A stretch of DNA of 64,000 nucleotides from Rubripirellula sp. (GCA_965216875.1 OZ244207.1:2080001-2144000); one strand, 5' to 3'; positions 1-10,830 are shown, numbered from the stretch's first letter. A program made the numbers and translations. Notes: generated by a model from the sequence alone, not told the origin.

Positions 1-518
1 TCGTTACCTTCCGGGCATGGATCGAGTAGCACAAACTGCGGGACGGGACTGTCGAGTTGTCCGAGTTGCTCGGCAACGACACTTCCCAACAAAGGTCGCA
101 CGAAGGGAGGCCTGGGCTTGTCGCCACGCGTCAACACATCGATGCCCTGGAAATGCTCTTTCGGCTCCGTCTTCATTGACCGAATGACCGCCAACTTGTC
201 CATGATTTGGGCACATTGCGGCATCAGCGAACTGATCTGCACGCCAGGAAGGTTGGTGCTCGTTGCTGGGAACGGACCGCTGGTTGCTGTGCCCGGTTTC
301 GGATCCCAAGTTTCAAATTGGCTCGGTGCCCCGCAAAGCCACAACAAAATGCATTTCTTGCCACGCTTTTTGGCTTGGTCCGCAAGGGTCGGAATGGAGA
401 ACAACCCGCTGAAGCTTGCAACGGATGCGGTTGCAGCGGACATCGCACCCGAAAGGAACAACCGTCGGTGCACGGTGTGTTCGTCGCTGCCACAATCGTT
501 TCGCTTTGAGGAACTCAA
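1..518 (-). CDS. DUF1501 domain protein, N-terminal part (runs off window start)
   Basis: Not in the ORF track; translated by hand: (TTG)SSSKRNDCGSDEHTVHRRLFLSG...KKCILLWLCGAPSQFETWDPKP...DKLAVIRSM. Tat-like RRxFL and the DUF1501 N-terminal motif; directly follows the DUF1553 gene. Start uncertain. Confidence 0.8.
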   Translation of the reverse strand, partial: MSSSKRNDCGSDEHTVHRRLFLSGAMSAATASVASFSGLFSIPTLADQAKKRGKKCILLWLCGAPSQFETWDPKPGTATSGPFPATSTNLPGVQISSLMPQCAQIMDKLAVIRSMKTEPKEHFQGIDVLTRGDKPRPPFVRPLLGSVVAEQLGQLDSPVPQFVLLDPCPEGN

Positions 519-530
519 ATTCGGAAAGCT

Positions 531-2120
531 CTAATGGTTGAAACGGAACTCTGCGCTGGTGAGCACGGCCCATACAACTTGGTGGAACCGTTCATCACTG
601 ACGTTCGAACCAAGGTATTCGGCGAGACGTGATCTCTCGATGCTCGAAGGAGCACGCTGAAATGCGGCCATGAACAATGCATCAACTTGTTGTTCTTGGG
701 AGGGCAAATCGCGAAGACGGGGGACAATGTCATTCGCCTGGTTTGCACCGCGAAGGAACCCCTCGATGGCTTGATTGTTGCTCAGGAACAGCGTTTCTTT
801 GATCGTTGTCGTTGACTCATCCGGTAGCACTTCAGCCATCTGTTGTCGAAGTGGCTTGATGATCTTGGCATCATTTTTGAATTCGCCCCTTACAACGATT
901 TGCATCGATCGAGCATATTGTTCTGCGGTAAGTGGCCGTTCCAAATACCAGGCAAAAAGAGACGGATCATCGTGGCCAGCGGAACGGATGCTCGAGAGTT
1001 GGTAGGCGTTGCTGTTTGCGATTGCCTCGATCAAACGGCGAAGATCGAATCCCGAGTCTTGTAGCTCGGATGCGAGAAGATCGAGCAGAGCAGGATGCGA
1101 TGGTTCGTGGACGCTATCCATTTCGTCAAAGGGATGGACGATACCGCGGGCCATCATCATCGCCCAAATACGGTTGGCGAGTGCACGCGCCACGCGCGGG
1201 TGATCGGCAACGACCTGTTCGGCAAAGGCTTCACGGCGTGAAAACTTGGGCTCACGTGGCAGGCCATCTTGTTTGGACGCCAGGTAAAGGTCGTCGCGGT
1301 CTTCTTGCTTGGCTTCCTTTTCGGGTCGCTCTTCTGCGATCACGTCTGCATCGATAAAGCTCAGAAGGTTCGGTCGACTGTCTCCAGTCAAATCAGCAAA
1401 CTCGCTGAAGCCGCCGATGGCAGATTCGCTTACTTGGGGCCCCTTCTTTTCGCTGACGTTCTTGCTGCGATTAAAGAATGCGACCAGTCCCCAGTAATGC
1501 TCTTGCAGGATTTCTGCGGCGATTGGATGGTCATGACATTGAGCACACTCGATGCGAAATCCGAAGATGGCGGGCGCAACCGCCTCGGCGATCTGCTGAT
1601 GCTCATTCTTGCGTTCGTACAGAAACCATTGTGCGCCGTGATCGATTTCATTCGAGGGGCGAGCCAAAACGAGTTCGGTGACGACTTCGTCCCAACGACG
1701 ATTCTCACGGATCATTCGTTCGAGGTAACCGCGCCACCCATGCTTGTTCCGTTCGTCGTAAACACGCGCGTCACCACGTCCCATCAACAGAGCGTCGAAT
1801 AGATCCGCGAAATGCTGGACATAGTCTTCACTTTCCAGAAGCGTCTCGATCAAAGCCGCCCGTTTGTCTTTGCGACCGTCGGCCAAGAAGGTCTCGAGTT
1901 CAGCGGTCGACGGGATGCGACCGGCAAGATCGAGATAGAGGCGGCGACAAAATTCGCGATCGGTCGCACGAGCCGCGGGCTCAATGCCTGACTCTTGCCA
2001 ACGCGTTTCGATTTCTTGATTGATCGATGCCGTCAAGCCTTCCGATGACGTCGTCTGCCCATGCACAACGCAAGGCAAAGTAACCAGCGAAATGAAGAAA
2101 ACGAATCCGACGCGGGACAT
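531..2120 (-). CDS. DUF1549/DUF1553 (PSCyt2/PSD1) planctomycete-type protein
   Basis: Signal peptide; FCRRLYLDLAGRIP, CAQCHDHP (CxxCH), NRIWAMMMARGIVHP.D, PSHPALLDLLA, SAEFRFNH C-terminus. Confidence 0.9.
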   Translation of the reverse strand: MSRVGFVFFISLVTLPCVVHGQTTSSEGLTASINQEIETRWQESGIEPAARATDREFCRRLYLDLAGRIPSTAELETFLADGRKDKRAALIETLLESEDYVQHFADLFDALLMGRGDARVYDERNKHGWRGYLERMIRENRRWDEVVTELVLARPSNEIDHGAQWFLYERKNEHQQIAEAVAPAIFGFRIECAQCHDHPIAAEILQEHYWGLVAFFNRSKNVSEKKGPQVSESAIGGFSEFADLTGDSRPNLLSFIDADVIAEERPEKEAKQEDRDDLYLASKQDGLPREPKFSRREAFAEQVVADHPRVARALANRIWAMMMARGIVHPFDEMDSVHEPSHPALLDLLASELQDSGFDLRRLIEAIANSNAYQLSSIRSAGHDDPSLFAWYLERPLTAEQYARSMQIVVRGEFKNDAKIIKPLRQQMAEVLPDESTTTIKETLFLSNNQAIEGFLRGANQANDIVPRLRDLPSQEQQVDALFMAAFQRAPSSIERSRLAEYLGSNVSDERFHQVVWAVLTSAEFRFNH

Positions 2121-2396
2121 CTGCGGTGGACAAAGAGCGAGGGTGGGGTGGGTGGTGGGCCTGATTGACCAGGACCCGGGTGGGACCTCTACGTTAATCG
2201 ATTTGAGCCGGGGTGTGTTAGTTCGATTCGGCTCTTCCAGGCGTTACGACTGGAATAACCCGACTCGCCGTCGGATTCGTGAAAGACGCGGCAGGGTGAA
2301 CGTTTTGAAAAGGATCAGCGATCCCCCCTGCGGATCTCCGATGACCAATCCCAAGAGACTTTATGGACATTCGACCCCGGCAAGGAGGCATCCGCC

Positions 2397-3383
2397 GTGC
2401 CAACGATCAAAGCCCCCGTTACCGTTTTGGTTATCGCTGCTGCACTTCTCTTGGGCAGCCAACAAAACGCCCAGGCACAACGTGAAGTCGATGTTTATGG
2501 CGGGTTGTGGATTCCATTTCTGCCCGACTACAACGCCGGGTCCATTGTTCCCAACGGTGGTGGATCGGTTCAAACTCCGAACATCTTCAATGACAACCAG
2601 ACCGATGTTGGTGGTCAAATTGGGATTCGGGGTCTCTACCGTTTCTATCCAACCAAGACGATGGTCGAGTTTGACTTGAACATCGCTGGGATCGATTCGA
2701 TGGGCTCCAACGCTTCCGTCGCTGACCCCGATGCCGCGTCGACCGTTTGGCTGGCCAACCTGACAGGTACAGGGTTCCTCGCAACGGCAAACGGCGCGAC
2801 TGCTCATTTCTCGCTCGATAGCGATGTGTTGCACTACAGCGAGTTCATTGGGCTACGAGACCGCTTTGATATCTCGCGTTGGGGAATGGGTACCGTCGAT
2901 CTTGGATGCGGATTTAGCCACCTCGGTTTTCAGCAAGACTTTACGCTGAGCGCGCTGTTTGACGGATCTGGAAACACCGGACGCTACTTCGAGCAGATCG
3001 ACACCAACTACATCGGTGGAGACATTCGAAGCACATTCAACAAGCAGATTCATGGGCGCATGGTCCGCCTCGATTTGAACTTTGGCATCTATGACATGGA
3101 TGGCAAATACGATGGACGCAGCGTGTTTCGAAACGCCGGCGGTGCCGTCCTGAACACTTCGAGCGTGGTCGACGAGATCAAGAAGACAGCATTCACCCTT
3201 GATGTTGGGCTGAGAATGGACACCAACATTCGCGGTGTCTTGGTGCGTCCCGGTATTCACTTCAAGTACTTTACCGACATGGTTTCGATGAACCATCCGC
3301 AAACCATCGTTGCGGCTGATCCGGTAAGGCTGACAACCAAAGACGCCTACGTGCTCGGATTGAACGTCGAAGTGATGCTGTAA
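2397..3383 (+). CDS. Exported protein, probable outer-membrane beta-barrel
   Basis: AGGAGG upstream of GTG; signal peptide ending AQA; alternating hydrophobic strands; C-terminus YVLGLNVEVML. Confidence 0.6.
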   Translation: MPTIKAPVTVLVIAAALLLGSQQNAQAQREVDVYGGLWIPFLPDYNAGSIVPNGGGSVQTPNIFNDNQTDVGGQIGIRGLYRFYPTKTMVEFDLNIAGIDSMGSNASVADPDAASTVWLANLTGTGFLATANGATAHFSLDSDVLHYSEFIGLRDRFDISRWGMGTVDLGCGFSHLGFQQDFTLSALFDGSGNTGRYFEQIDTNYIGGDIRSTFNKQIHGRMVRLDLNFGIYDMDGKYDGRSVFRNAGGAVLNTSSVVDEIKKTAFTLDVGLRMDTNIRGVLVRPGIHFKYFTDMVSMNHPQTIVAADPVRLTTKDAYVLGLNVEVML

Positions 3384-3428
3384 AAGGCTCGCTAAATCTG
3401 TCGAGCGATGAGGGTTTGGGCAGTGCCC

Positions 3429-3521
3429 GTGAGCCGCTGGCCGTCAGGCCTCGGGCCCTTGCCGACGCGCGGCTAGTGTGAAGGCGATTAAGGCCCGGCC
3501 GCTTACGCGATCGCGGCTCAC
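3429..3521. repeat. REP-like inverted pair, GAGCCG family
   Basis: GTGAGCCGC (3429) ... GCGGCTCAC (3521) with internal GCCTCGGGCC/GGCCCGG; related to copies at 32483, 33754, 59178, 59425, 59632. Confidence 0.7.
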
Positions 3522-3797
3522 TTGTGCAGGCAACGGTGCGATCGTCACTCTTGAGACATTCCTGGTTTTTCGAGTGAGAATCCTCGTATTTTCTTCTTCC
3601 CGCAGAGTGCCCCTCGGTTGGTGCGAAACTTTGACGGTTCTAGCGGATTGTTCGGCGACGAATACTCGTACCGATGATCCCGGTTAACTTTGGCAGTGCT
3701 AGTCGTGCGTGTCGTTCCGATTGCTAGGACGAGGCCACATCTTGGTGGCAAACCCGATTGGTGTCCGATCCCGTGACTGGGTGACCACTTTTGCAGA

Positions 3798-5171
3798 GTG
3801 ACGGACATCAACTTTGCCTCGACCCGGAAAAGCAACGTGAAAACCGTCCATCCAGCCCGCCGACGCAAGCTATTGCTAGCAAGTTTGCTTGCGGTATCGG
3901 CCAGCAGCAACGCGATCGCCGCAGATTCGACATCGGGCGCCGCGAAGGTCTCGCCCAAGCGGTTACCGGTTGTGACGCACACGGCGACCGACGAGGAACT
4001 GCTCAACAAAGTGACTCCCGAAGCAGCCAAGCTCTTTCAGGCATTCCAAAAGAAGCGCGCTGCTGAAGTCCAAAAGAAGGCCGAGCAAGCGCGCAAGCAG
4101 TGGTCAGCTCCGGAAACCACGCAGCCCAAAAAGTGGCTGCGATCAAAAAGCTCAGCGGCGTCGGTCGAGGTTTCGCGTCGATTGATCATTCAAGCGACCC
4201 ACGAGCATTCGGTTGGCGCATGGGCATCGGCTGAAGCATCCGCATGGGAAGCATTGCGTTACGCGGCCGAAGGTGTCGAAATCGCTCACCAGGAATCGGG
4301 ACGCACCGTCACGCTTGCAGCACTCGATGACTTGCGCGTCGCTCGAACGGCGATGCGAGAGGCACGTGAGTTTGGCGGCATGTATGGCGACATCGACGGT
4401 GAAGGCATCGGCCGCATGGCAGCCTCGCACCGCACGACCGTCTTGGATGACCAAGAAACGGGATCGCTCAAAGCGGCCGACGCGATTGATCGCTACTTGG
4501 ACGAAGCTCGCGTGCGTCTGGCAGGGATTGCGACCGAAAGTGTCGAAGCAGCACAGGCCATGGATCTATTGGCGGCCATCTACCTTGGCCGTGCTGACGC
4601 GAAAACACTTCCCAGTTCGACCGCTCTGTGTCTGCGTCGCGCCGCGATGCAAGGACAACCCCGCAATGCAAGCCTCGCGATGCGATTGGGCATGCACCTG
4701 GCTGACCTCGGGTTGTACAAAGAAGCTCGTTGGGCACTTCACCATTCGATCAAAATCGATCCAAGTGATGAAGCCGCCCAGGCATTGGTCGCGGTCTTGC
4801 GCCGTACGGGTGAACACGATCAGGCGACGCAGCTTGCCGCGGCTCTTCAGCAGCGCCATCAGGCATTGGCAAATGTCGGGAAAACCCGCGTGCCTCGCGT
4901 CACTGAGCTGACGCCGGAACAATTTGCGGAGGTTTCCAAACCGGTTAACCAGGGCCGCAGTCTTTTTAAAGGCACCCTGGCGAGTGCCAAAAAGAATATC
5001 ACGCGCATGAAGGGCATTCTACCAAGTGACGCGGCAAGCGAAAACGCGCGACAGCCAGAGAAGCCTCGTATCGAAGAGGCGGCAGATTCGTCCGCACCGC
5101 AGAGCGATGAAGCAGACGCAAAGCCCGGCAAGATTCGTCGGTTCTTCAACGCGTTTGTTCCGGCCTGGTAA
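3798..5171 (+). CDS. Exported alpha-helical protein with TPR-like segment
   Basis: 457 aa; signal-like RRRKLLLASLLAVSASSNAIA; TPR-like LGMHLADLGLYKEARWALHHSIKIDP. Confidence 0.65.
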   Translation: MTDINFASTRKSNVKTVHPARRRKLLLASLLAVSASSNAIAADSTSGAAKVSPKRLPVVTHTATDEELLNKVTPEAAKLFQAFQKKRAAEVQKKAEQARKQWSAPETTQPKKWLRSKSSAASVEVSRRLIIQATHEHSVGAWASAEASAWEALRYAAEGVEIAHQESGRTVTLAALDDLRVARTAMREAREFGGMYGDIDGEGIGRMAASHRTTVLDDQETGSLKAADAIDRYLDEARVRLAGIATESVEAAQAMDLLAAIYLGRADAKTLPSSTALCLRRAAMQGQPRNASLAMRLGMHLADLGLYKEARWALHHSIKIDPSDEAAQALVAVLRRTGEHDQATQLAAALQQRHQALANVGKTRVPRVTELTPEQFAEVSKPVNQGRSLFKGTLASAKKNITRMKGILPSDAASENARQPEKPRIEEAADSSAPQSDEADAKPGKIRRFFNAFVPAW

Positions 5172-5231
5172 ATGCTAATTCAAGCCCCGTTAGACCCTGA
5201 AGAAGACTTCAAAGAACGACTCATCTGTCAA

Positions 5232-6458
5232 ATGAACTTGAATTTGACCCACCGCGAACAAACCTTGCAGCGACTAGCACTCGCTCTGCTGTGTGTTGTC
5301 TGTTTCGCGTTCGATGCTCAAGCGCAACAGCCTCAGGCGGTCGATGGTGGTGCTCTGCCAGTGGCAACGAAAGCCGACCCGTGTGGATGCCGGAACACTC
5401 CAGGTGGTTATCCCTGCTTGGGCGGTTGCCAGAACTGCATCATGGGCGTTGATTGCGCCACTTGCGGCGGTGCCGAAGCGCGATGGCAAGACATGCGTCC
5501 GATGCCATTTAGTTCCTACGGTCCCGGTGGATATGCTGGCCCGGCCCGAATGGCTCATCTCAGCGAATACCATCTTCGACCGGGTGACCGCATCGAGATG
5601 TTGTATTTGATCACGCGTCGTCAAAAGGAAGGGCCTTATCGACTCGCGCCTGGTGATGAACTTCTTATCGAATCGGTCGCTGACGCCGACCTGGCACGCG
5701 GGTCGTTGGAAAACGGGCTGGAGATTCAACCCGACGGAACGATCACGTTGCGGCTGCTCGGACAGGTGCACGCCGCCGGCTTGACCGTTGCCCAGCTTCG
5801 TGAGGTCCTCGACAAGCAATACAGCAAGTATTACGAAGAACCTGCCATCGACGTCACGCCCGTTCGTACCAACATCTTGGCAGAAGACATTCGTAGCGCC
5901 GTGGGTGGTCAGAACGGGTTCACTCAGCAGTCGATCGTGGTGACCGTTTTGCCCGACGGAAAGATCCGTCTGCCAAGCATCGGTGAGATTTGCGTTCAGG
6001 GCTTCACGCTCAACCAACTCAAACGAGAAATTAACCTTCGCTACGAAGAGATCGTTGTTGGTTTGGACGTCGAGCCAATCCTCGAGTCGCAGGCCCCCCA
6101 TTTCGTGCATGTGCTTGGTGAGGTGGCGACACCAGAACGCATCGAGCTGCAAGGGCCAACGACAGTGCTTGGTGCGATCGCCGCAGCGGGTGGAGAACTA
6201 CCCGGCGGAAACTTGCGTCAGGTCGTTATCCTGCGTCGCGCCGAAGATTGGCGGTTGATCGCAACCATGCTCGACCTGCAAGGCGCCGTGTTTGGTAAGC
6301 GGCCGACACCAAGCGACGAGATTTGGCTCCGCGACGGTGATGTCGTGATCGTGCCCGCGAAACCGATCCTGCGGTTGAATAACTGGATCCAGCAAATCTT
6401 CACCGACGGCATTTACGGCGTCTATCCTGGCCAGTTCGACTTTACGACCAACAACTAG
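5232..6458 (+). CDS. Polysaccharide export protein (Wza/OPX family, Poly_export + SLBB)
   Basis: YRLAPGDEL, IQPDGTITLRLLGQVHAAGLT, VLPDGKIRLPSIGEI, VHVLGEVATP, LRDGDVVIVP. Alternative start 5172. Confidence 0.85.
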   Translation: MNLNLTHREQTLQRLALALLCVVCFAFDAQAQQPQAVDGGALPVATKADPCGCRNTPGGYPCLGGCQNCIMGVDCATCGGAEARWQDMRPMPFSSYGPGGYAGPARMAHLSEYHLRPGDRIEMLYLITRRQKEGPYRLAPGDELLIESVADADLARGSLENGLEIQPDGTITLRLLGQVHAAGLTVAQLREVLDKQYSKYYEEPAIDVTPVRTNILAEDIRSAVGGQNGFTQQSIVVTVLPDGKIRLPSIGEICVQGFTLNQLKREINLRYEEIVVGLDVEPILESQAPHFVHVLGEVATPERIELQGPTTVLGAIAAAGGELPGGNLRQVVILRRAEDWRLIATMLDLQGAVFGKRPTPSDEIWLRDGDVVIVPAKPILRLNNWIQQIFTDGIYGVYPGQFDFTTNN

Positions 6459-6495
6459 TGCTTGTGGTTGTCGAGACCATCTGTTCTGTCCGTGA

Positions 6496-9400
6496 CTATC
6501 GAGCTTTGATGCGTCCGGAACGTTTGCTCTGTGCAGGCGTTTCACCGGCCGGTCGCAACATTTCGGCGGGCAGGAATGTTAGGCAGAATCCAGATTCAAG
6601 CGAATTGAGCACCTGATCCAATTCGCGTTTGCGAAGGCCTTTTTCGAGATCGATCCGCACCGACGAGGCCGCCATTTCGCGCCCCTTGGTGCTAATCCGC
6701 TGGGCGACGTTGCCGAAGCTCGAATCGTAATCGACGAGCTCTTGCTCTTTGACCAGTTGGCCCCACATCATCGTTGCGCACTGCGCGAAGCTGACGGTGG
6801 TCACGCGTTCGGAGCCCTGGAAGGTGCATTTTTCCATCTCGATGATTTCGGTCATGCAACTCTTCAGCTGGGTGCGTAGCTCTGCCTCATCTGCAGGCCG
6901 ATACAAACGCGTGAGCATCTGTGGTTCGTCGCAGTCGTCATCTAAGTTGAGGAAGTTGTCGCGCAGGGTTTGAACCAGCGAGATGAGTTTGGCGCGCCCG
7001 CCAACTTGGAAAATTGCCTTTGGTCGTCCTTGATGGACTTCGTGACAGGCAACCGCGACAGCTGCCAAATGAGCGGAAAGGAGCTCACGGTCTTTCACGT
7101 CTTCATGATGGCTCTCATCGAGCTGCGATCGCAGCTCGCGAATGCGTTGCCAGAGCTTTGCGCACTCGCTACCAATTTGGTCTTCGATCGGATTGATGTC
7201 GCGCAGTACGGCGTGACGATAGTGTGCTCGAACATCGCCATTGGCTTCATAGGCCCTGAGCCAGTGTTCCGTCAGTGATTCGTAGGGTTCAAGCTTGGGC
7301 AAGAACAGGTGGTCGTGAATCCAACGATCAAAGGAATCGGCGTTGGTCGCTGGTGTCGACCAAATGGCTTCGCTGAAAAGGTCTTCCGTGCTGTAAGATT
7401 GTTCTTGGTGGCACGCAAGTCGATAGCCAGTGAGAACGCGGTCTTTGATGACATCGAACATCGGCTGTGTCCGGGTGTCCTCATCCGAAAACTGGGTGTA
7501 CTCTCGCGCGTCCCAACGCACCAGTTCGCTGCATACACGAGAGGCGATATGGTGGCCAAGGTTTCGGTAGGCAGCCACTTGGTCGTCGGTATAGAACTGG
7601 TTCGTTGTCGGTTCATCGGGGAAGGACGGAAACCGATGGCGGATCTGTTGAATGTCGATCGGATCCGATTGGGTGATCGCCATTTGGCAATAGACCAATA
7701 ATCCCGTCGAACCATCTTCGTAGCGAATCCGCGCGACAATGTAGGGTTGATGGACAACCTTTTCTTCGCTGTTCGACTTGTCAACCGCGAGCCGCCCAAA
7801 GTCGATCGGAGCGTCGTGGTCGAGATCGAGAATCTTGACTCCGTATTGGGATGCGGCGGTGGTGCACATCCGCGCAAGCGGTGCCAGCGGGTTGTTGCCC
7901 AAGTTGGCTCCCGCGTCGCTGACGATGATCAAACGACATTTCCTGCGGAACAATTCGGTGACGCCGAGATAGTCGTAGAAGCCACCATCGGCTACGTGCC
8001 CCATGCTTTCCGTTTGAGCCAGGTTTGCCGCGTAGGCTCGTGGACGCTCGGCTCGTGAGGAGTCGGTGTCGGTGATATCGATTGGCTGAAGGATGGAGCG
8101 CAGGAACTGGCAGATGCCCGACCAATGATTCACGCCAACAAAGTAGGCGACCGCAGTAAGCAGAGCGATCAGGAACAGCGAAAAGGTGATGCCGAACCAA
8201 TACCATCCGAAAAACAGGCTGGCGAACAATCCAGCGCACGCGAACGTTCCAGCGACGGGAGTCGAGCGAATTGCTGCAACGAGGCTGGCTCGCCGTGAGT
8301 CTGCGTCTTTACAGCGAATCAACCATTGCCCAAGTCCGTCCCCAAAGAAACTCAAGATAATCGACAGTGCGCGAGTGTCGGTCATCAGTGGCGTCACGGC
8401 AGCGCCAGAAATCGTCACCGCATCGCTGACCGTCAGTGGTGTTCGGCCGACTCCAGGCAACTGAATCTTGCTGGTCTCGTAAATCGAATCGACATGGTCA
8501 CCGTCGCCGCAGTAAACCGGCGAAAAGACAAACGGACGACTGCGCACATGGTAACTGCCTTGGATCACACAAGGCGTCATTCGCGCCGCAAGATAGAGCG
8601 GATGGGGCAAGCCATCGCGGGTCGGCTCGAACTCGTGAAGCGGCGTCGACCCGTCATACGCCGCAGATCCCGATTGAGTCGAACTCAGGAACAACCGCGC
8701 GATTCGGTCGCGATAGTACGCGTAGATGGTGATCGTTTGATTGCGGACCACACTCAGGCAAACGCCGATGCAAAAGAGGGTCCACCAACCGAGCAACCAA
8801 CGCCAACGCACCGCTTGGTCGTGTGGTGGAACGATCAATGTACTGGCGACGGTGCGATCTTGAATGACGCCTTCAAAATAGGTTTCTAGTTTCGAGCGAC
8901 TCGACTCGGCGATCTTGCGTTTGGCGTCAAAATCGTCGCCGCCAAGGGGCTGACGCAGAATCGGCACCGCCGCAAGATCCGCTTTCGAGCTGTCCTTGGA
9001 TCGATATTGCTCGAGAAAGCCGGGGAAGTCGGGGTGGTGCAGCAGTTCATTGAATGTGTTGAGATAAGCACGATGCAGATTTCGTCTGTGGTGTGCAATC
9101 AAATGGTAGTGGCGAATCGTCTGCGCGTCGTGCTTGTCGACATCTTCAAAATAGTCTTTGGCAACGTCGTCGTCGGGCGTGAATCGTGTTCGAAGGTAGG
9201 CTTCCGAGCATGCCGCCATCCGACGCCAGAAACTCCACGGTTCAACTTGATCTTTGCCTATACGAGCTTGCTCGGCGGCTGAGACTGGCGACGGAGGGTC
9301 CGATTTGGTGTAGGTCGGAACGCCGTCGCGCAGCGGGACCAGCACGTTGACTCGCTGGTGCTGGCTCCAATCATCGCCGTAGTTGATCGGCGCCTTAGCA

Positions 9401-10578
9401 ATGTCGTAATCGACGCTCAGCGTTGGGGCGTCTGGGACACCTGTCGTGTGACTCGCAGCCCAGGCTTCAGGGGCGGCACGATACTGCTCAAATTGGTCCT
9501 CGAGGTGGTAGAGCGTTGGCCAGCTTTGGACGTCACCGACGACAAGGTAGGGGCCGCGTTGATCGGCGTAACCACTGATGTCTTCACGAGCCATCCAATG
9601 CACCATCGCGAAGCACGCAAAGAAGACGACGCCACTGGTCGAAACTTTCTGAAGCGCTTTTTGCCAGTACTGGGACTCGTCCCGCTCAGAGCGAAACAGT
9701 CGGTCACGTCCGACGAAGACGAGCACTTGGATGGTTCCCGCGATAATCGCAAACCACTGCGCGTAGTGGTTTAGTTGGATTTCATCGCCGGTACGTGAGG
9801 TATTGGATTTCCCGTTCCCCAAAAAGACTGCAACCGAAACCAAGAGCGAGACAAGAAAGAGCGTTAGCCCAATGCGGCTGATCGTTAGCTGGCGTGGTGA
9901 TTCGCGGAACCACCCGAAGACGGTTGCCAGCGCCCAGCCAACACCCACAATCAACGGAGGATAGAAAGCGATTGCGAGTTCGCCACCGAAGCGAAAGTCG
10001 AGCACGTTGTGCAGCATGATCCGAAACATCGGATCGTCGAAGGAACGCCAAAAGAGCGCGAGGAGTGTTGCGATGAACCCGGCTAAGCCGATGATCACGA
10101 GCGCACTTAATAATACGGACCACAGAAAGCTGGGAGCAATCGATATTCGGTTTGCCAAGTAGCGTCCGACGCCGTTGAGCCGGCCGCTGTCCACTTTGCC
10201 AGTCTTCGAGCAACGCCCCATCATCCAGCGAGCAAGCGTTCCTTGGCTGGATGTTTCGTCGTCGTGAAAGCCGTCCGACTTGTCACGTGATTCTTGCTTC
10301 GCGCGCGTTGCGAGATGGGCAGCGATGTAGCCGCCGCCGGAAACGCTACAAAGGAAGTCGACGTAGCGAAGCAGCCCCGAGTGAGAAAGGCCCTGCAAAA
10401 ACCCATCATTGAACATGGCGGATCGCAGACCACCGCCAGAAAGCGAGAGTCCCACCAGGTTGTCTGGACGCTGCGTATCGTCCTCGGCCGCTTGCTTTTC
10501 TGGGAACGCGTTTGCTCGGCGTTCGTGGACCCGTTTCCACTCCGCTTCGCGGTATTCGTCGGGCAGAGACTCGGTCAT
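6496..10578 (-). CDS. Large multi-TM patatin/cPLA2-like phospholipase
   Basis: GLSLSGGGLRSA oxyanion loop, SVSGGGY nucleophile motif, ADGGFYDYLG Asp motif, FPDEPTTNQF; several hydrophobic helices. Start may extend to 10632. Confidence 0.75.
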   Translation of the reverse strand: MTESLPDEYREAEWKRVHERRANAFPEKQAAEDDTQRPDNLVGLSLSGGGLRSAMFNDGFLQGLSHSGLLRYVDFLCSVSGGGYIAAHLATRAKQESRDKSDGFHDDETSSQGTLARWMMGRCSKTGKVDSGRLNGVGRYLANRISIAPSFLWSVLLSALVIIGLAGFIATLLALFWRSFDDPMFRIMLHNVLDFRFGGELAIAFYPPLIVGVGWALATVFGWFRESPRQLTISRIGLTLFLVSLLVSVAVFLGNGKSNTSRTGDEIQLNHYAQWFAIIAGTIQVLVFVGRDRLFRSERDESQYWQKALQKVSTSGVVFFACFAMVHWMAREDISGYADQRGPYLVVGDVQSWPTLYHLEDQFEQYRAAPEAWAASHTTGVPDAPTLSVDYDIAKAPINYGDDWSQHQRVNVLVPLRDGVPTYTKSDPPSPVSAAEQARIGKDQVEPWSFWRRMAACSEAYLRTRFTPDDDVAKDYFEDVDKHDAQTIRHYHLIAHHRRNLHRAYLNTFNELLHHPDFPGFLEQYRSKDSSKADLAAVPILRQPLGGDDFDAKRKIAESSRSKLETYFEGVIQDRTVASTLIVPPHDQAVRWRWLLGWWTLFCIGVCLSVVRNQTITIYAYYRDRIARLFLSSTQSGSAAYDGSTPLHEFEPTRDGLPHPLYLAARMTPCVIQGSYHVRSRPFVFSPVYCGDGDHVDSIYETSKIQLPGVGRTPLTVSDAVTISGAAVTPLMTDTRALSIILSFFGDGLGQWLIRCKDADSRRASLVAAIRSTPVAGTFACAGLFASLFFGWYWFGITFSLFLIALLTAVAYFVGVNHWSGICQFLRSILQPIDITDTDSSRAERPRAYAANLAQTESMGHVADGGFYDYLGVTELFRRKCRLIIVSDAGANLGNNPLAPLARMCTTAASQYGVKILDLDHDAPIDFGRLAVDKSNSEEKVVHQPYIVARIRYEDGSTGLLVYCQMAITQSDPIDIQQIRHRFPSFPDEPTTNQFYTDDQVAAYRNLGHHIASRVCSELVRWDAREYTQFSDEDTRTQPMFDVIKDRVLTGYRLACHQEQSYSTEDLFSEAIWSTPATNADSFDRWIHDHLFLPKLEPYESLTEHWLRAYEANGDVRAHYRHAVLRDINPIEDQIGSECAKLWQRIRELRSQLDESHHEDVKDRELLSAHLAAVAVACHEVHQGRPKAIFQVGGRAKLISLVQTLRDNFLNLDDDCDEPQMLTRLYRPADEAELRTQLKSCMTEIIEMEKCTFQGSERVTTVSFAQCATMMWGQLVKEQELVDYDSSFGNVAQRISTKGREMAASSVRIDLEKGLRKRELDQVLNSLESGFCLTFLPAEMLRPAGETPAQSKRSGRIKAR

Positions 10579-10830
10579 GTATTGGCACCCCATCGCGTTG
10601 GTAACGTCGACTACCCCCGATGATAGTGACACGGCGCTGGGGCAACCTAGTGTTCAAACGTATTTGGCGAGATGTGACAATTAGGTGAGCCTTGGCGAAT
10701 AGCGAGTGATGATGCAACCGAAAAGGTTGTGAGCCTCTCGCCGCTGTCGTTTGTAACTCCGGGCATCAGCTGGAATCTTTGCGCAAGCCGCGCAAAGGCT
10801 GGGTGACGATCGGCAAGCACCGAACGCCAC

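Noticed and set aside
6496..10578. CBASS or other defence system around the patatin gene
   Set aside because: No CD-NTase or other defence genes are adjacent.
10680..10830. Hairpins upstream of the patatin gene as a riboswitch
   Set aside because: Short stems only; no match to a riboswitch consensus I recognise.
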